A stretch of 48,141 nucleotides of DNA, filler included, from Sphacelaria rigidula (Eukaryota), in NCBI GenBank assembly GCA_964200075.2. It is 2 parts of 2 records of this genome, joined end to end, with 100 filler letters (N's around TTAATTAATTAA, not from the genome) between each part and the next. Parts side by side here need not be neighbours in the genome. Positions count along the whole stretch, not along the records: positions 24,123 to 48,141 come from CAXNAA020000232.1; 1 more part is not named here. One strand, given 5' to 3'. The position numbers were made by a program, and so were the translations under genes. The notes below the pieces were generated by a model, which worked only from the letters and a program-made list of their open reading frames with translations, made no database searches and was not told the origin of the DNA. Position 1 is the stretch's first letter. Every line of letters starts with the position of its first letter. This document shows positions 33,601-45,600 of the stretch, one piece after another.

Positions 33601-36600
33601 GTCCAATCCGTCATTACACATCATGATCAACAGCTGAGATGAGCAGAGTGTAACTATACCCCCCCACGCCACTCCTGGCGTAAGGTGATGTCTTTAACGC
33701 TGCCGATAAGATTGTGTAGCCATGCTGAAAAGCTTTGAACACGTTTTCCATTTGTTGACCTAATTATAGCCCCTGTGAATGTCTTTACCGTCACCATGTG
33801 CATTCCACTCTGTCTATCCCTCACCTCGGCCCCGCCCCCCGTCCTCAGTAATTATATAGTGCTTACCGCGTCGAGGCGTTTCTCCTCCATATCTCCAGCC
33901 AATCGAACCGCCGCCTCACCCGCTGCGATGACTTCTTTGCTACTTCCTGCCTCCCGGAGCTCTTTGGCGTTGTCTGCCACTCGCCGTGCGATTCGCTGGT
34001 GCAGCCGAGCTTTCCTGGCCGCGGCCTCTGTTTGCAGCGATTCTTTCAGGCGGATCTCACTCTTCTGTTTTTCCATCGTTTTCGAAAAGTGTCGTGGGGT
34101 CGCAAAAAGGCATGTAGTCGACGATCAAGCTAGGGTCGAAGCTTTACGGCAGATGTCAGTTGCTTTGTGTGCGCAGCGCAGCCAGGGCATGGACCATTTT
34201 CGAAAGCTACCACACGATACAATCTACCGGTATACCTTGTGGTGTGGTAGCACATTTTACCGAGACGTTCGGCCGGACGCCCCGGTGGCTCAGTTGGTAA
34301 CGTCGAAACCTACCGAAGGTTGAGCCGTGGGTTCGAATCTCGGTGAAGATACACAATCTGGGATGTTTTTTCCCACCATGCCCAACAGTGGAGAGCGATT
34401 ACGTTGTTTGTACACAAAAAATCGACTACACGGTAGGCGAAGGAAAGTGATCGTTGAACTCATCTCGCGAAAAAGAATAAGGCCAACACCGCAGAAGGAA
34501 GGTGGAGTTCTGGAACAAATAAAAACTCCTGTGTTGGCGTTTCTCCTGTGTGACCCCGACTGATGTGCCCACATACACTGAAAGGTGTAGACTGGCGTGC
34601 AGAATAGATTGGATGACAACATACAACACCGCACAACCCAACCCAACACATTCGGCAACACATGCCGAACATGGATTATGACTGTATGTCGCCATAGCAT
34701 TGTTCGCAGAATGATAATGTGGAGGGCATGCCAGCGTACTATACGAGCTTGCCAGCGGATGTCTACTACTTCGCGAGGAAGTGACTGTACCCTGGGTCCC
34801 CGTGATGCGTGCGGTCAACTGTTTGTCGTGATATGGGTTGTACCACATGCGGACCGTTTCTTGTGGTGTATGAGAGGCCATACCTGGTTGCTTCATTCGA
34901 TCACTTATCGCATGTCAAACTGATCTGCTTCGAATACAGCCACAGCCTCAAATGCACGTGCCCAAGGTTGAAAAGCGGAAGCACACTCCCAACGAAACTC
35001 GGTAAATGGTAGGTCTGAAAATGAAGCGGACATAGGCACTGGCGTTTTGACGACGTTTTTTCCCGAGCAGAGGGCTGACCGGTTCTACCAGCTCGGGATG
35101 ACTTTGCTCTAGCACAGGGGTTTAACACACGTTGCGAATGCCTAGCGTGCGCAGTTTGATCTTGGACCGCATTGACGGCTTTGCGTATAAATGGAATCCC
35201 TTTGATATCTTGAGGGTTTCTGAGTGTTTCTTCGAGCACCCGGCGAGATCTGCTTGTTTGCACGTCAAGTTTCTGAAGCAGTTAAACGCCGAAGCGCATG
35301 AAACCATCTCGGAGATTGACGCACGCCATTTCAAAGCGACAGAATCTGCCTAGCCATTCTGTCGGTAACAATGTCACCCAAACGCCAAAAAGTACGCCTC
35401 TTTTTTTCATATGCCGTAAGGAGAGGCTTCTACACATGTCTATGGATGTTCCTACTGTGTGGATGTATATACGTGTCTCTGAACACACAACATTGTTTTC
35501 CTTTCTTTCGCTCCGTGAGGCGACCTGAACGGTTCCCTCAGCGCATCGTTTATTGTCAGCACATAACTGTCGGACGTTTGCCTTCCTCGGAAATGTGTGT
35601 GAAAGACACCGCTTTGCAACCACCGCTCACATACAAGCCACTTGAACCCTACTGGGCAATAAAGCGCCACAAACGCGTACATGAAAAAAACGCGCAAGTG
35701 TGGGTCCATGTATAGCTGAGACTACACGAACCTGGTGATGAGCGCGAAGAGCCGCAAGTCCCGAATCGAGGTTCTCGTCCTCTCCAGTGGCAAAAGCGGA
35801 TGCTTTCGCTGCCTCCGTTCGCTGGGTAGTTTCCAGCGTGGCCAATGTCTGTTCGAGCTGAATCGCCTCTCTACGGAACCGTACGGAACAACGTGTTCAC
35901 AGTTTTCCCACAGGAATACGGTCAGCCCACCACGGGCGCAGCAGCAATGGGGGGGGTTTGGAATATCAAGGGCCACGCAGAAGCTCATTTTGGTGAGAAG
36001 CGCACGTTAAAAGAGGGTTGTCAATGCACCTGCGTGGCTACGCGGAGTACTTGTGACGTCGACAGCACAAGATGGGCACATTGACGTAAGTGTCGAGAGA
36101 TAGTGTAGCCTCTGATCGTGCGTGCGTAGACAGAGAAGAAGAGGGAGAGGGAGCGAGATACTCTTGGGGGGGGTGGTATCCTTCGACTGTGGACGGATGC
36201 GGAGTAGCACTGGTCTCACAAAGATGCACATTTTTTTCGCTCAAGCTTATGTGTGGAAGGTGCGGCAAAGATGATGTAGCACATGATGAAGTTTTCGAGC
36301 AAACAGCGCTGAAGCAAGGGAAGATACAACAAAACAGGAAATCACACGCTGCATGACGCAGCTGCAAAAAACCACGAAAAGTCAGGCAAAACATGGTAGA
36401 AGCAGACAACGGTAGAAGAGTCGAATGGTCAACGATTACCTTTCACTGTCTGACTCTAGAGCTTTCATTGCCGCCACCGTTTCCTCCGCCCCTGCGCCCG
36501 CTCGCTGCAGAGCTTCTGCCTGCGCAGCTTTACGCTTGCGGAGGCGATCGCTGAGAGCCTTACGTTGATCCCGACGGTGCTGGTCGAGGTCCTTTTCCAG

Positions 36601-39600
36601 TACATCCTGAAATGAGGTTGCACCAAGCCGGACATGGCAAAAATTGGCAGCGTAACAGCAGCAGGACAACACAAGATATCTTGAGAGACGATGTCCGCAG
36701 AAGGGGGGGGGGGGGGGGGGGAGGGGCTGAGTCAAGACACCACGCATCTTCGCGCTATCCTCCGCGCACGGGAGTGTGTGGCGAAGCCGGTAGAGCCGGC
36801 GCAAACAGCATGATTACTTCTGAACCCTTAACGTGGGCAAAAATATTACCAACAGCGTTGTCTGGACGAGCTAGTCGTGTTTGGGGACCGCCTGCCCTCG
36901 TCGGTCGCCCCCACCGCCCCGAGCTCGAGTGGCTCACCAAGTAGTGTGTGTGCCTTTCACGAATCCTCGCGAGTTCTTTGAGTGGGTCGGCGTCGGCAAC
37001 AACTGCTAACGCCTGCCTCGCTCGCTCCTCTTCGATGAGTGCATTCGCCTTTGCTTCCAAAGACGCGTTCAGCGCCGCTTCCTCTTCTTTCGCGCGTGCG
37101 TCCTCCTGTTGTTTTCGTGTCGTAGCGCATCACCGGAAATGTTCTAGACTTTCGGGAGTGCTTTTATTACATGTTCTATATTGCAACTTTACTCTTACGC
37201 TTCGACTACTCGTCTTTTTCTCGCAACGTCATCTAGCACAGGCATAGAAACATGGAAGACACTAATGACATCACAGCGTTGGCCAGTAACACGTACGTAC
37301 GATTCGGCTCGAACTTACTGTAAACGTTTACTTCGAGTTATCCTCGTGGACGTCGTCGACAGGGCAAGCTTCAAGATAGCACGTTCGACAGAAGATTCCA
37401 AAGATGCTCATGATAGGGTGGAGTCCGCGCACGGATAACGTGAGGCTTCGATTATTCAGGTACTCTAAAATACTCAAAAGGTATGCAGTTCGTAGGGAAG
37501 ATACTTTGCAGAAGAGTGTTTACCTTTTACGACACTTCATGTCCCGGGTACTCTGGAATACTCGGTATTTGCAAGAGTCGGTGCTCCAGGCACTCAGGGT
37601 ACAGAATCTTGCGCTAAGTGTAGGGGTAGGTACTCCAGACGCTCTGGGGTACTCAATACTCTGCATAAGTCAATAGTCTAGATATTCCGGGATACTCAGT
37701 ATTTCGCTTATTCATGTTTAGCTACACTGAAAAAATGTGGAGTACTCGACACGCCAGGTATTCTGCAATGCCCAGTACTTTCGATACAGCGGTTGTTTGA
37801 ATTGCTCCGTATTTCGGTACTCTTGCCCACCCTCTGTTGCGCCGACCCATCCTGGCCATGCCAAGTCATGCGTTTGTGATCTGTAAGCACCGGAGAGCGC
37901 GAATCAAGTGAGTAGTCTTTGAGCACGTACGTGGCGGCCGCAGGCGCCGCCTGCGCACCACTGGATACCATGTACCGCAGCTACGGGTTTGCCGGCCCAA
38001 GCAAACTGCCGGCTGCTGCTGCTGCTGCTGCTGCTGCTGCACTGCCGCCATCGCCCATGCACCCGCTAGGTTCCACACACTCCGCGATTCTACTTTACTG
38101 GGTACAGGTATCTAGGTGTGCTATGTGCTGTCCTTTGTACTGGATTCCTACCTCGGTCTGCAGGAGCCTGCGTAACGGCTCGCTGCACGATACTGCTGCA
38201 CACTACTGCTGCACGGTACTTTGCTGTGGGTTTGTCGGTGTGAGCGTCAAGATTGGTGCAAGATTGAAGTTTAGCGTGGTTGTACTGAAAGTTGAAAGTG
38301 AAAAGAGAATTGCTCCGCGCTACAACTTGTGCTGTACACGATACCATCCTCACCTGAACCACCGTGACATGTCTTCACGTTCTGTCTACTGTAGTGTACC
38401 TGGTGCAGGTCGTCGTTCAGTATTTGGGGGTGGGTACTTCAGGGGAACCCGTAATACTCCGTAATCTCGGGAGTTCTCACCCTTACCTCCGTAATATTTA
38501 GTATGTGGAGGAATCTCTACCCTAGGCACCGCGGAGTCCTCCGAAGTTTCGGCAGTCGGCGCTCATTCCGGCATACTGGTTGTATCAAATATCAACAATG
38601 AGGCTCATCAAGAGTGTGTATGATGGTATGTTGTCTCTGACAACAGTAGTGCTAAACTTCGTGGCTCCTACCTCCCTCCGGTCAATCCATACCTTTGCGA
38701 GATTCAGGGTAATTTCCTGTTCAGCCATGCCCGCCGCCCGCATCGCCTCTTCACTCGCGTTTCTCGCTGCGGCCAACCGCTGCGCCAACCTTACCGCCGC
38801 GCCCTTCCTCTTGCTTTCAGTATGCATCACCAGCGCTGCGACTTCTCTCTCGTGGACGCTTCGCAGTTCGTCCTGTCGAGCCTAGAAATTGTGTCGTTGA
38901 GTCATCAAGGTTAAGAAAGAGAGGGACAGGTGGAGGGAGGCGAACACGTTGCGTCATACGAGCAGATATAGTTCGAAACCGTGAAGAAGGTCGCTTCAAG
39001 TATGCGCGGATGGTGGATTGACTTTCTACATGAACTGAGCACAGTCGATCCCTTTTCGTTGGGGACCCAGCATAGATCAACACAGCCGATATCCGCATGC
39101 CCCACCGGTACTGAATCGTACGGCTGACACATGACAAGCTCTCCTTCTGTAACTCAGCTAAGTGGTGATGCTACTAGCTTCCAGGCACCGACACATCCCT
39201 CGTCGACGATGAATAGTCTACACTGCGATGAAACAGCCACATACTCCAATGAAGTCTGACATACAATATTCACGGGCACACCGTCAACACTGAATCTGCT
39301 AGGTGTTGATTAAATGGGCACCGTGTTTTGCTGCCTCAGAGAAGTTCCCCTTCACCTTCCCATCAGCTTCAGCTTCCTTGCTTTTCCTTGTCATGCCGCC
39401 AGCGTCGACTTCCTGATCACCACTAGAAGCAGCAGCCATAACTTCATCCTGAACAGATTGCTCATACGCGCTACTTTCATTCTGGGCTCGTGCTAGCTCG
39501 CTGCTGAGTTCCCTCTCGAGCGCAGCACGTTCGGCTTGGTCCGACTCCTCTGCTCGGGCCGCAGCGTCGCGGGCGGCCTCAGGAGAGAGGGGCGCCAAAT

Positions 39601-42600
39601 CAGCAAGCGCGGCCTTTGCCATTTTGCGCTTGGCAGCCAAGCGTCTTTCCAGAGCTGCCCTTTGTCGCTGTGCGTCAGCCTGGGTATTGCAAGATCAGAG
39701 GAATACGAGGGGAGAAGGACGGTATGTCAAAAACAAACTGGCGAGACAGTTAGTCGAAGTGGATTCCGAAGTTGTTGTTGGGGTGTTCAAGATAAAGGAA
39801 GAAGGGGGGGGAGCACACAGAGATAGGTCGGGCAGACAATGCATTGGTCACTAAAAGTGTTCATAAGTCGGGGGTAGATTTCCCAGCAATACCCCATGCT
39901 GGCACGTTCGCACGGGCGAGTCAAGCGAGACTGGTGATTGTTGTCCTTGCTACCTGGAGACCCAGTATCAATCGCATTGATGGGACTGGAACAGTGGTTA
40001 CCTTCAACGTGTTTTGTAACTCAAGACTTCGAGCGCGGTGCTCCGAAAGTAGGCGATCGGCCTCTTCTTGCATCGAGTGCCCGGCCTTCGCCGTCGCTTC
40101 CGCCTCCATCCTGGCCCTATTCACAGCCTCTTGACGAGCTCGGGCCTGCTCGTCGGCCTGTGTCATCGCAGCAGTTTAGCCAATGTTTCGTTATCGTGTC
40201 GAATCAAGACTAGGAAATACCGAGCAACGGAATTAGTTTAGCTAGCGCGATGCTTGTTCAGGTTAGTTAACACACAGCTTTTGCAGCCTGCGCAGGGTTG
40301 ACGTTGACTCACCAAGGCGAGAAGTTCGTCGTTCTCTTGGTTCTCCAGCTCCTGCCGTGCCTTCCTTGCTGCTTCCGAGGCTGGCAGAGAATGTCTCTCT
40401 TGCAACCTGACGAAGGTAGCGAGCAAGGTGACGAAGCGCATGCCGATGACACAATGACACGGTCAAATATGGCGAAAACCGTGTGCCCTCACATGAGAGA
40501 GGTTGGTACATGTCAAATGGAGTGGGCAGTGCGGCATCGCAAGCAGCACGTATATTCTGTATGGCGACCTACCGGGTTCCACGAGAGCCATCCCACCACA
40601 CTGTGGTAATGACCGGTGATTATATTGCGAGACGCTTCGGCGACTTTTCACCCTCAAGTTCACCATGGCAAGGGTATTGCGATGATCGTACGAGTGGGTA
40701 TAACATCTATCCTGTGCAACGTGCCCGTTGGCATCCGGAGCAAAGTTCCCCAGATAATCACCTGCTTTTCGATCTCTCAGTGCAAAGCCATTGAGGATTT
40801 CTGTTGCGACAGAGCTCGCGCGTGACAGGCATTGCCAAAACGTTCGCGTTGGCGTGAAACGGCCGACAGAGACTACTTTGATGTCAAAGGACGGACGGAA
40901 CCTAGAGCGGAGTGTTTTTGCTGACTAGGCTACGAAACTTGGTACCTTGCTTGGCGTTCGCTTCTGGCGGCCTGCAGGCGCTCGCGGAGGGCTCGAGATG
41001 CGCACTTCTCCTTCGTGCTAAGGTCTCGTTCCAGTCTATTGGCAGCAAGGAGGTGGAGGTCCTGAGTGAAGAGACGTAGCCACGATACAGGGACGAATCA
41101 TCGACGGTGAGAGTAGGTCATCGTCCTAGATGTGCAAGTTGATACACAGACTCGCCTGTTACCAAATATTGAATTGGGATAAGGCATAATGTTTTGATCA
41201 CAGAGATATGAAACTTTATTGTTCCCCAACAAGTCGTGTAGGGGTTAAAACTGTCACCTTGAAATGGGCCCCGTTCATTAGCCCAAATTCCCGATCTCTC
41301 AGAATAAGTAGACGCCGGTGCCGGCCCCCAACTCTCGCTACGGGGGTGGCGATCGCGGAAAAGTCGTGTGAGTGTGTGTGTGTTGAAGGCGATGGAAAAG
41401 ATGAATTTTGCAGTGATCGACATCACGGTATTTTTATCAGCGACTAGAGCGAGTTTGTTGCTGCTCTGAACACGTGAACACTACAACCCCGAATACGTGC
41501 ATGATGCACATTCCACACGAGGGCGTGTAAAGATCCGCGGGGTCTGCACCTCACGTCGAGAAGTAGTACTGTAGGATATGGAGATAGGCGTGAGAATGAA
41601 GTATTTGAAGTGGAGATATATTGTTGTCGAGCATCTTGTTGGTATGATACGTGTACAAAATACCTGCAAAAGAGCATACATCCCACGAGGGTCTTGTGAA
41701 CAAGCACCCTGTTGACTTATAATCCGTTGTCAAGCATGGGGTCGTTGCAAACGTTTTAGCTTCAGTCGGGCTTTTGTCTATTCATTTCCCGCCGGAAACT
41801 GGAGAATGGCAGTGTCACAACTGCTGGTTGTGGCCCACTCAAACGATTCCACATCCAATCTCATCGTGTGATTACAGCACCGCAAGCGTCTACTGTGATG
41901 AAGACCACCTGATCAACATCAAAACCAAAACCACAAAGCAACTATGTCGTGGAGCTTACAGTGCCGGGGCTGTGCGTGCACCGATAAATATCAAGCAAGT
42001 AGAGGCAGCGCTGATTTCCGGGCGTATATATATATTTCCGCATCGAACGCGCAGACGTGCACAGCCTTGGGATAGGAGTATCTCCGTATGAATATCTGAA
42101 TTTTAGAAATCTTCGATATGTATACTTCGCAAGTCGTTCAACGATATGCCGCCCTTCAGAGATTACCGCAGCCGCAGCGTGCGCACCACACAGTACAAAC
42201 GGCGCGCCCTTTTATGCGCGGAAAAGTTGATCAATAGGCCTTTAAAAGAAGCGAGTAGTAGCGCGTTAGAAAGCTACCTACGTGGTGAAGTATCCTTGGC
42301 AGTCCTTGGTCTTCGGCTTGTCTTATTTGCGAAGTTGTTATCGAATATACTGCTTTGTCTGGTCCTCTTTTGATGGCTGAGGCAACGAGTTCTCGGCGAG
42401 ACAATTATGACCCACGAAAACAAGACTGCAACAAGAAGGTCGATCCGTACTTGTCGCTTGCCCGGCGCGGTTCTGCAAGATGTCTTGCGGCGGCCGACGT
42501 GCGTGCAGTGCCACGCCCCGAAACGGAGTCTGTGAGTGCATCGAGGCTTAGTTTCTCACCTACATGCTTCGTAAAATAGCGGGCCACATCTGTATGTATC

Positions 42601-45600
42601 TTGCCTGGTTAGTGCCTGCCTTTCCCTGCAACAGGCTCGTATACTATCGGGGGACAAGAGATATCTCACCAGCACACGCCGTCTGTTGGACAACATCGAT
42701 GCGTCGTACACACCAGGGGAATACATCTTCGCTTCCGATTCAACAAATGATAGATGCAGCCCATTCGAATGAAAGATAGGTTGATCACGTCGATCCACAC
42801 GAGTGACGGCCGTGGTACCTGCATCGGACGAAAACGCCACCTGTAGCATACACGCACGTTCGGCTCTTCCTGAACCCGATGTGTGTGTATGCATTCACAC
42901 GCGTATACACAGGGGGGTAATTCAGAAGACCTCTGGATGAAGGACACACTACATGGCATTAAGTATGAATGACTAAAGCAGGTATCAGACTGACCGTGTG
43001 CGTACACACGACAAGCTGTGCCGCCAACTCCACCTTCATCTTGGCGGCTGCAGCCTTGAAGTTCTCGTCGATTTTCGTGGGGCCGCCGGCGCGACCTTGT
43101 GCTACCACCGCTGCCGCATCAGCGGAAGCCGCGTGTGCCCTCACGGTAGCCAGGGCATCCTCTCTCTCTGTACTCAGCGTCTGCTCCAGAGCCTGCAATC
43201 CCACCGGTTAGTGTAGTCGGGAAACACTTAGGAACAGCGTGCCAATCAAGTTACGGCTATGTTAAACGCGATAAAGATTTCGTTCTGCATCCATAGGAGC
43301 GGGGGGTTTTGACCCTTCAATGCTGCATGCGATGATGAAGCACCATGATCTCGGCCATAACAACACCATGACGAACCTACAAAATGCGTGGGGGGGGCGA
43401 GCGCTGCATTTCGGCGTTTCGATCGGTTTGTTCAAAACCTCACCACCACAGCTATTCTCGTGAAAATTATAAACACACACATATATACGCATGTGCCTGT
43501 TTGATTTTTGTTTCGGTCGTCACACATGAATGACCCCCTAGGAATCCAACCGTGGTCGCGAGATAGACGTGCCTGGGGTGAATAAAAATTAGAATTCACA
43601 TCCTGCTCTGCTGCTGTATACACGCTACACTGCTACATTAGCCAGACGTTAACGCCACACGCAAGTCGTTACATGAGCAAAAAACACCTCTCCGCGTGGG
43701 GGTTGGTTTCTTGGTGCCCTTAGAGCTGTATCTCAAACACGGCCACACGATGCAACGTTCCGCGACCCACATGCTGAATGCTGCAACAAGGCTCTGGTGT
43801 AGGCTGCATTTTCAGCACTAGGAATGATGTCTGTAGATACCAACTGCATGTATAAGGGGTACATGACCGAAATCTTTGAATAAAACTAAGCGCCATCCTG
43901 ACACGCAAATACGTGTTCTTTCGCAGTAATATAGCAGGATCTTGTACCTCGGACTCCAATTCTTCTAGGCGGGTAAGATCGGCGTCTACACTGCACCGCT
44001 CGACCTCCCCGTCCTTCCGCCTTTCAAGCTCAGCTTCTTTGCCCTTACGCCTGGCAGCGATGCGCTCGAAGAGTGCCCTACGCCGTGCCTTAGCCTCTTC
44101 CGCCATAGCCGTCTTAGATTGATTAAGTGACCATGGAGAACAAAGGGAGGGTGGGCGGGACGTAGTGTTTCGCTGCAGAGACTAGCAAGGCGGTCACACG
44201 CTCGACATTACCTTATAGGGAAAGTGCGATGCAATCGTAATCCCCTTTCCGTGTCTCTATCGCGTTCTGCAAGATCTGTGCTGTACATTTCGAAAAAATC
44301 TATGCAACAACTGCCACCGCGCCCCGGTGGTGTAATTGTCCGATTGTCGTCTTTAGGGTGGAGAGAAAGAGGGTTCGATTCCCGATGCGTTGGGGTTTTT
44401 CTTCGTAGTATCTGATTTTCCCCATGTAAAGCGTGAGAACGTGAGTAAACAAAGTAGACTAGTTGGCTGAGTTTGTTCGACGTGAGTTGACGCGGTGCGG
44501 GAGTGCTGATAGTCATAATCCAATCCGCGAGACCAAAATGCAAGGCGTGTACCGGGGAGAGAGGGCTGGACTACTTGAGACCACGGACTCGTGCCAAGTA
44601 AGGGGAGGAGTTCAGGGTGCGACAAGTAAAAGAAAATAGTAACACAGAAAAGAAAATAAACAAGGACGATGCGCAAAGCTCTTGACACTGGAGCACCAGG
44701 TTGGTGCCCGCGTTGGCCGCCCGACCCCCTTGCGCCTAATCGGCTCATAGTGGTGGTCTCGCAGGCGGTATATTTGTTCTAGCTCTCTTATTCTAGTAAT
44801 CCTTTCACAGGCATGTCGTTGATGGACGGCCGTTTTTTCTGTGCAGTATTGGAGGAGTGCTGTCGTCCAACGCTTGATGTAGGCGCAGAGGAAGTTGGCT
44901 CAGTTCGATGTTTTGCCCCATCTCCTGTTCGTACGCAGTGCTATACTCGACGACATCGGCATCGAGCACGTCAGACTCACCAAAGACGCCAACATGATAG
45001 TTGGTGTCAAAATGTAGTATGGCGTATTATTCCACGCAATTCCAATATGATCGGATGTGGGTGGTGATACATCGGCGATATAGCGAGGATGAACATACTC
45101 TACAGTGTGCCAAGGAATCAGACGTTAGAAGTCGTTTCTGCGCCTGAGTTCTGTTCGTGGCGTTACAACCGCGAGATTCTATTCCCATCGAAGGTTTTGG
45201 TCTCTCGACATATACAGGTTGTCTCATTATACGCCGCTTCTCTTCATCGCGACGGAAGGAGACAGGCAGCAGAACGACACAGAATGGCGGGGGGACAGGG
45301 GAGGCGCATAGGTTCCACAGGAAGAAACATAACACAGAGAGTATACTTGCACATGAATGGCTTGACCGGGAGGTTTGCGCCATACACAACCTTACACGAG
45401 GTACGAAAACCGCGTGATCCCTTGGGGGTTTGGCGATCGTCATCCTGTTGCTCGCTTGACGTTGGGATCACATTGAAGCAACCCCGCGTGGTCGTCCTGT
45501 ATGTTCTGTGTGTTTACGATTATTCTGTTTTACCCTCAAGCAGTTCCGTTGCTCCGTCTCGAAAGGGACGCGTGGTCAATGGTCAAACGACTAAGGCAAG

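Noticed and set aside
35120-35350. Coding-looking segment (KLDVQTSRSRRVLEETLR) in a gene B intron
   Set aside because: The flanking exons join directly and preserve repeat spacing without it; no clean donor.
42279-42380. Possible extra gene B exon
   Set aside because: The phase-0 frame hits a stop, and neighbouring exons join in phase without it.
45130-45260. RRDEEKRRIMRQ segment as a gene B exon
   Set aside because: No convincing acceptor/donor pair; exons 45783-45942 and 43948-44112 already join in frame.
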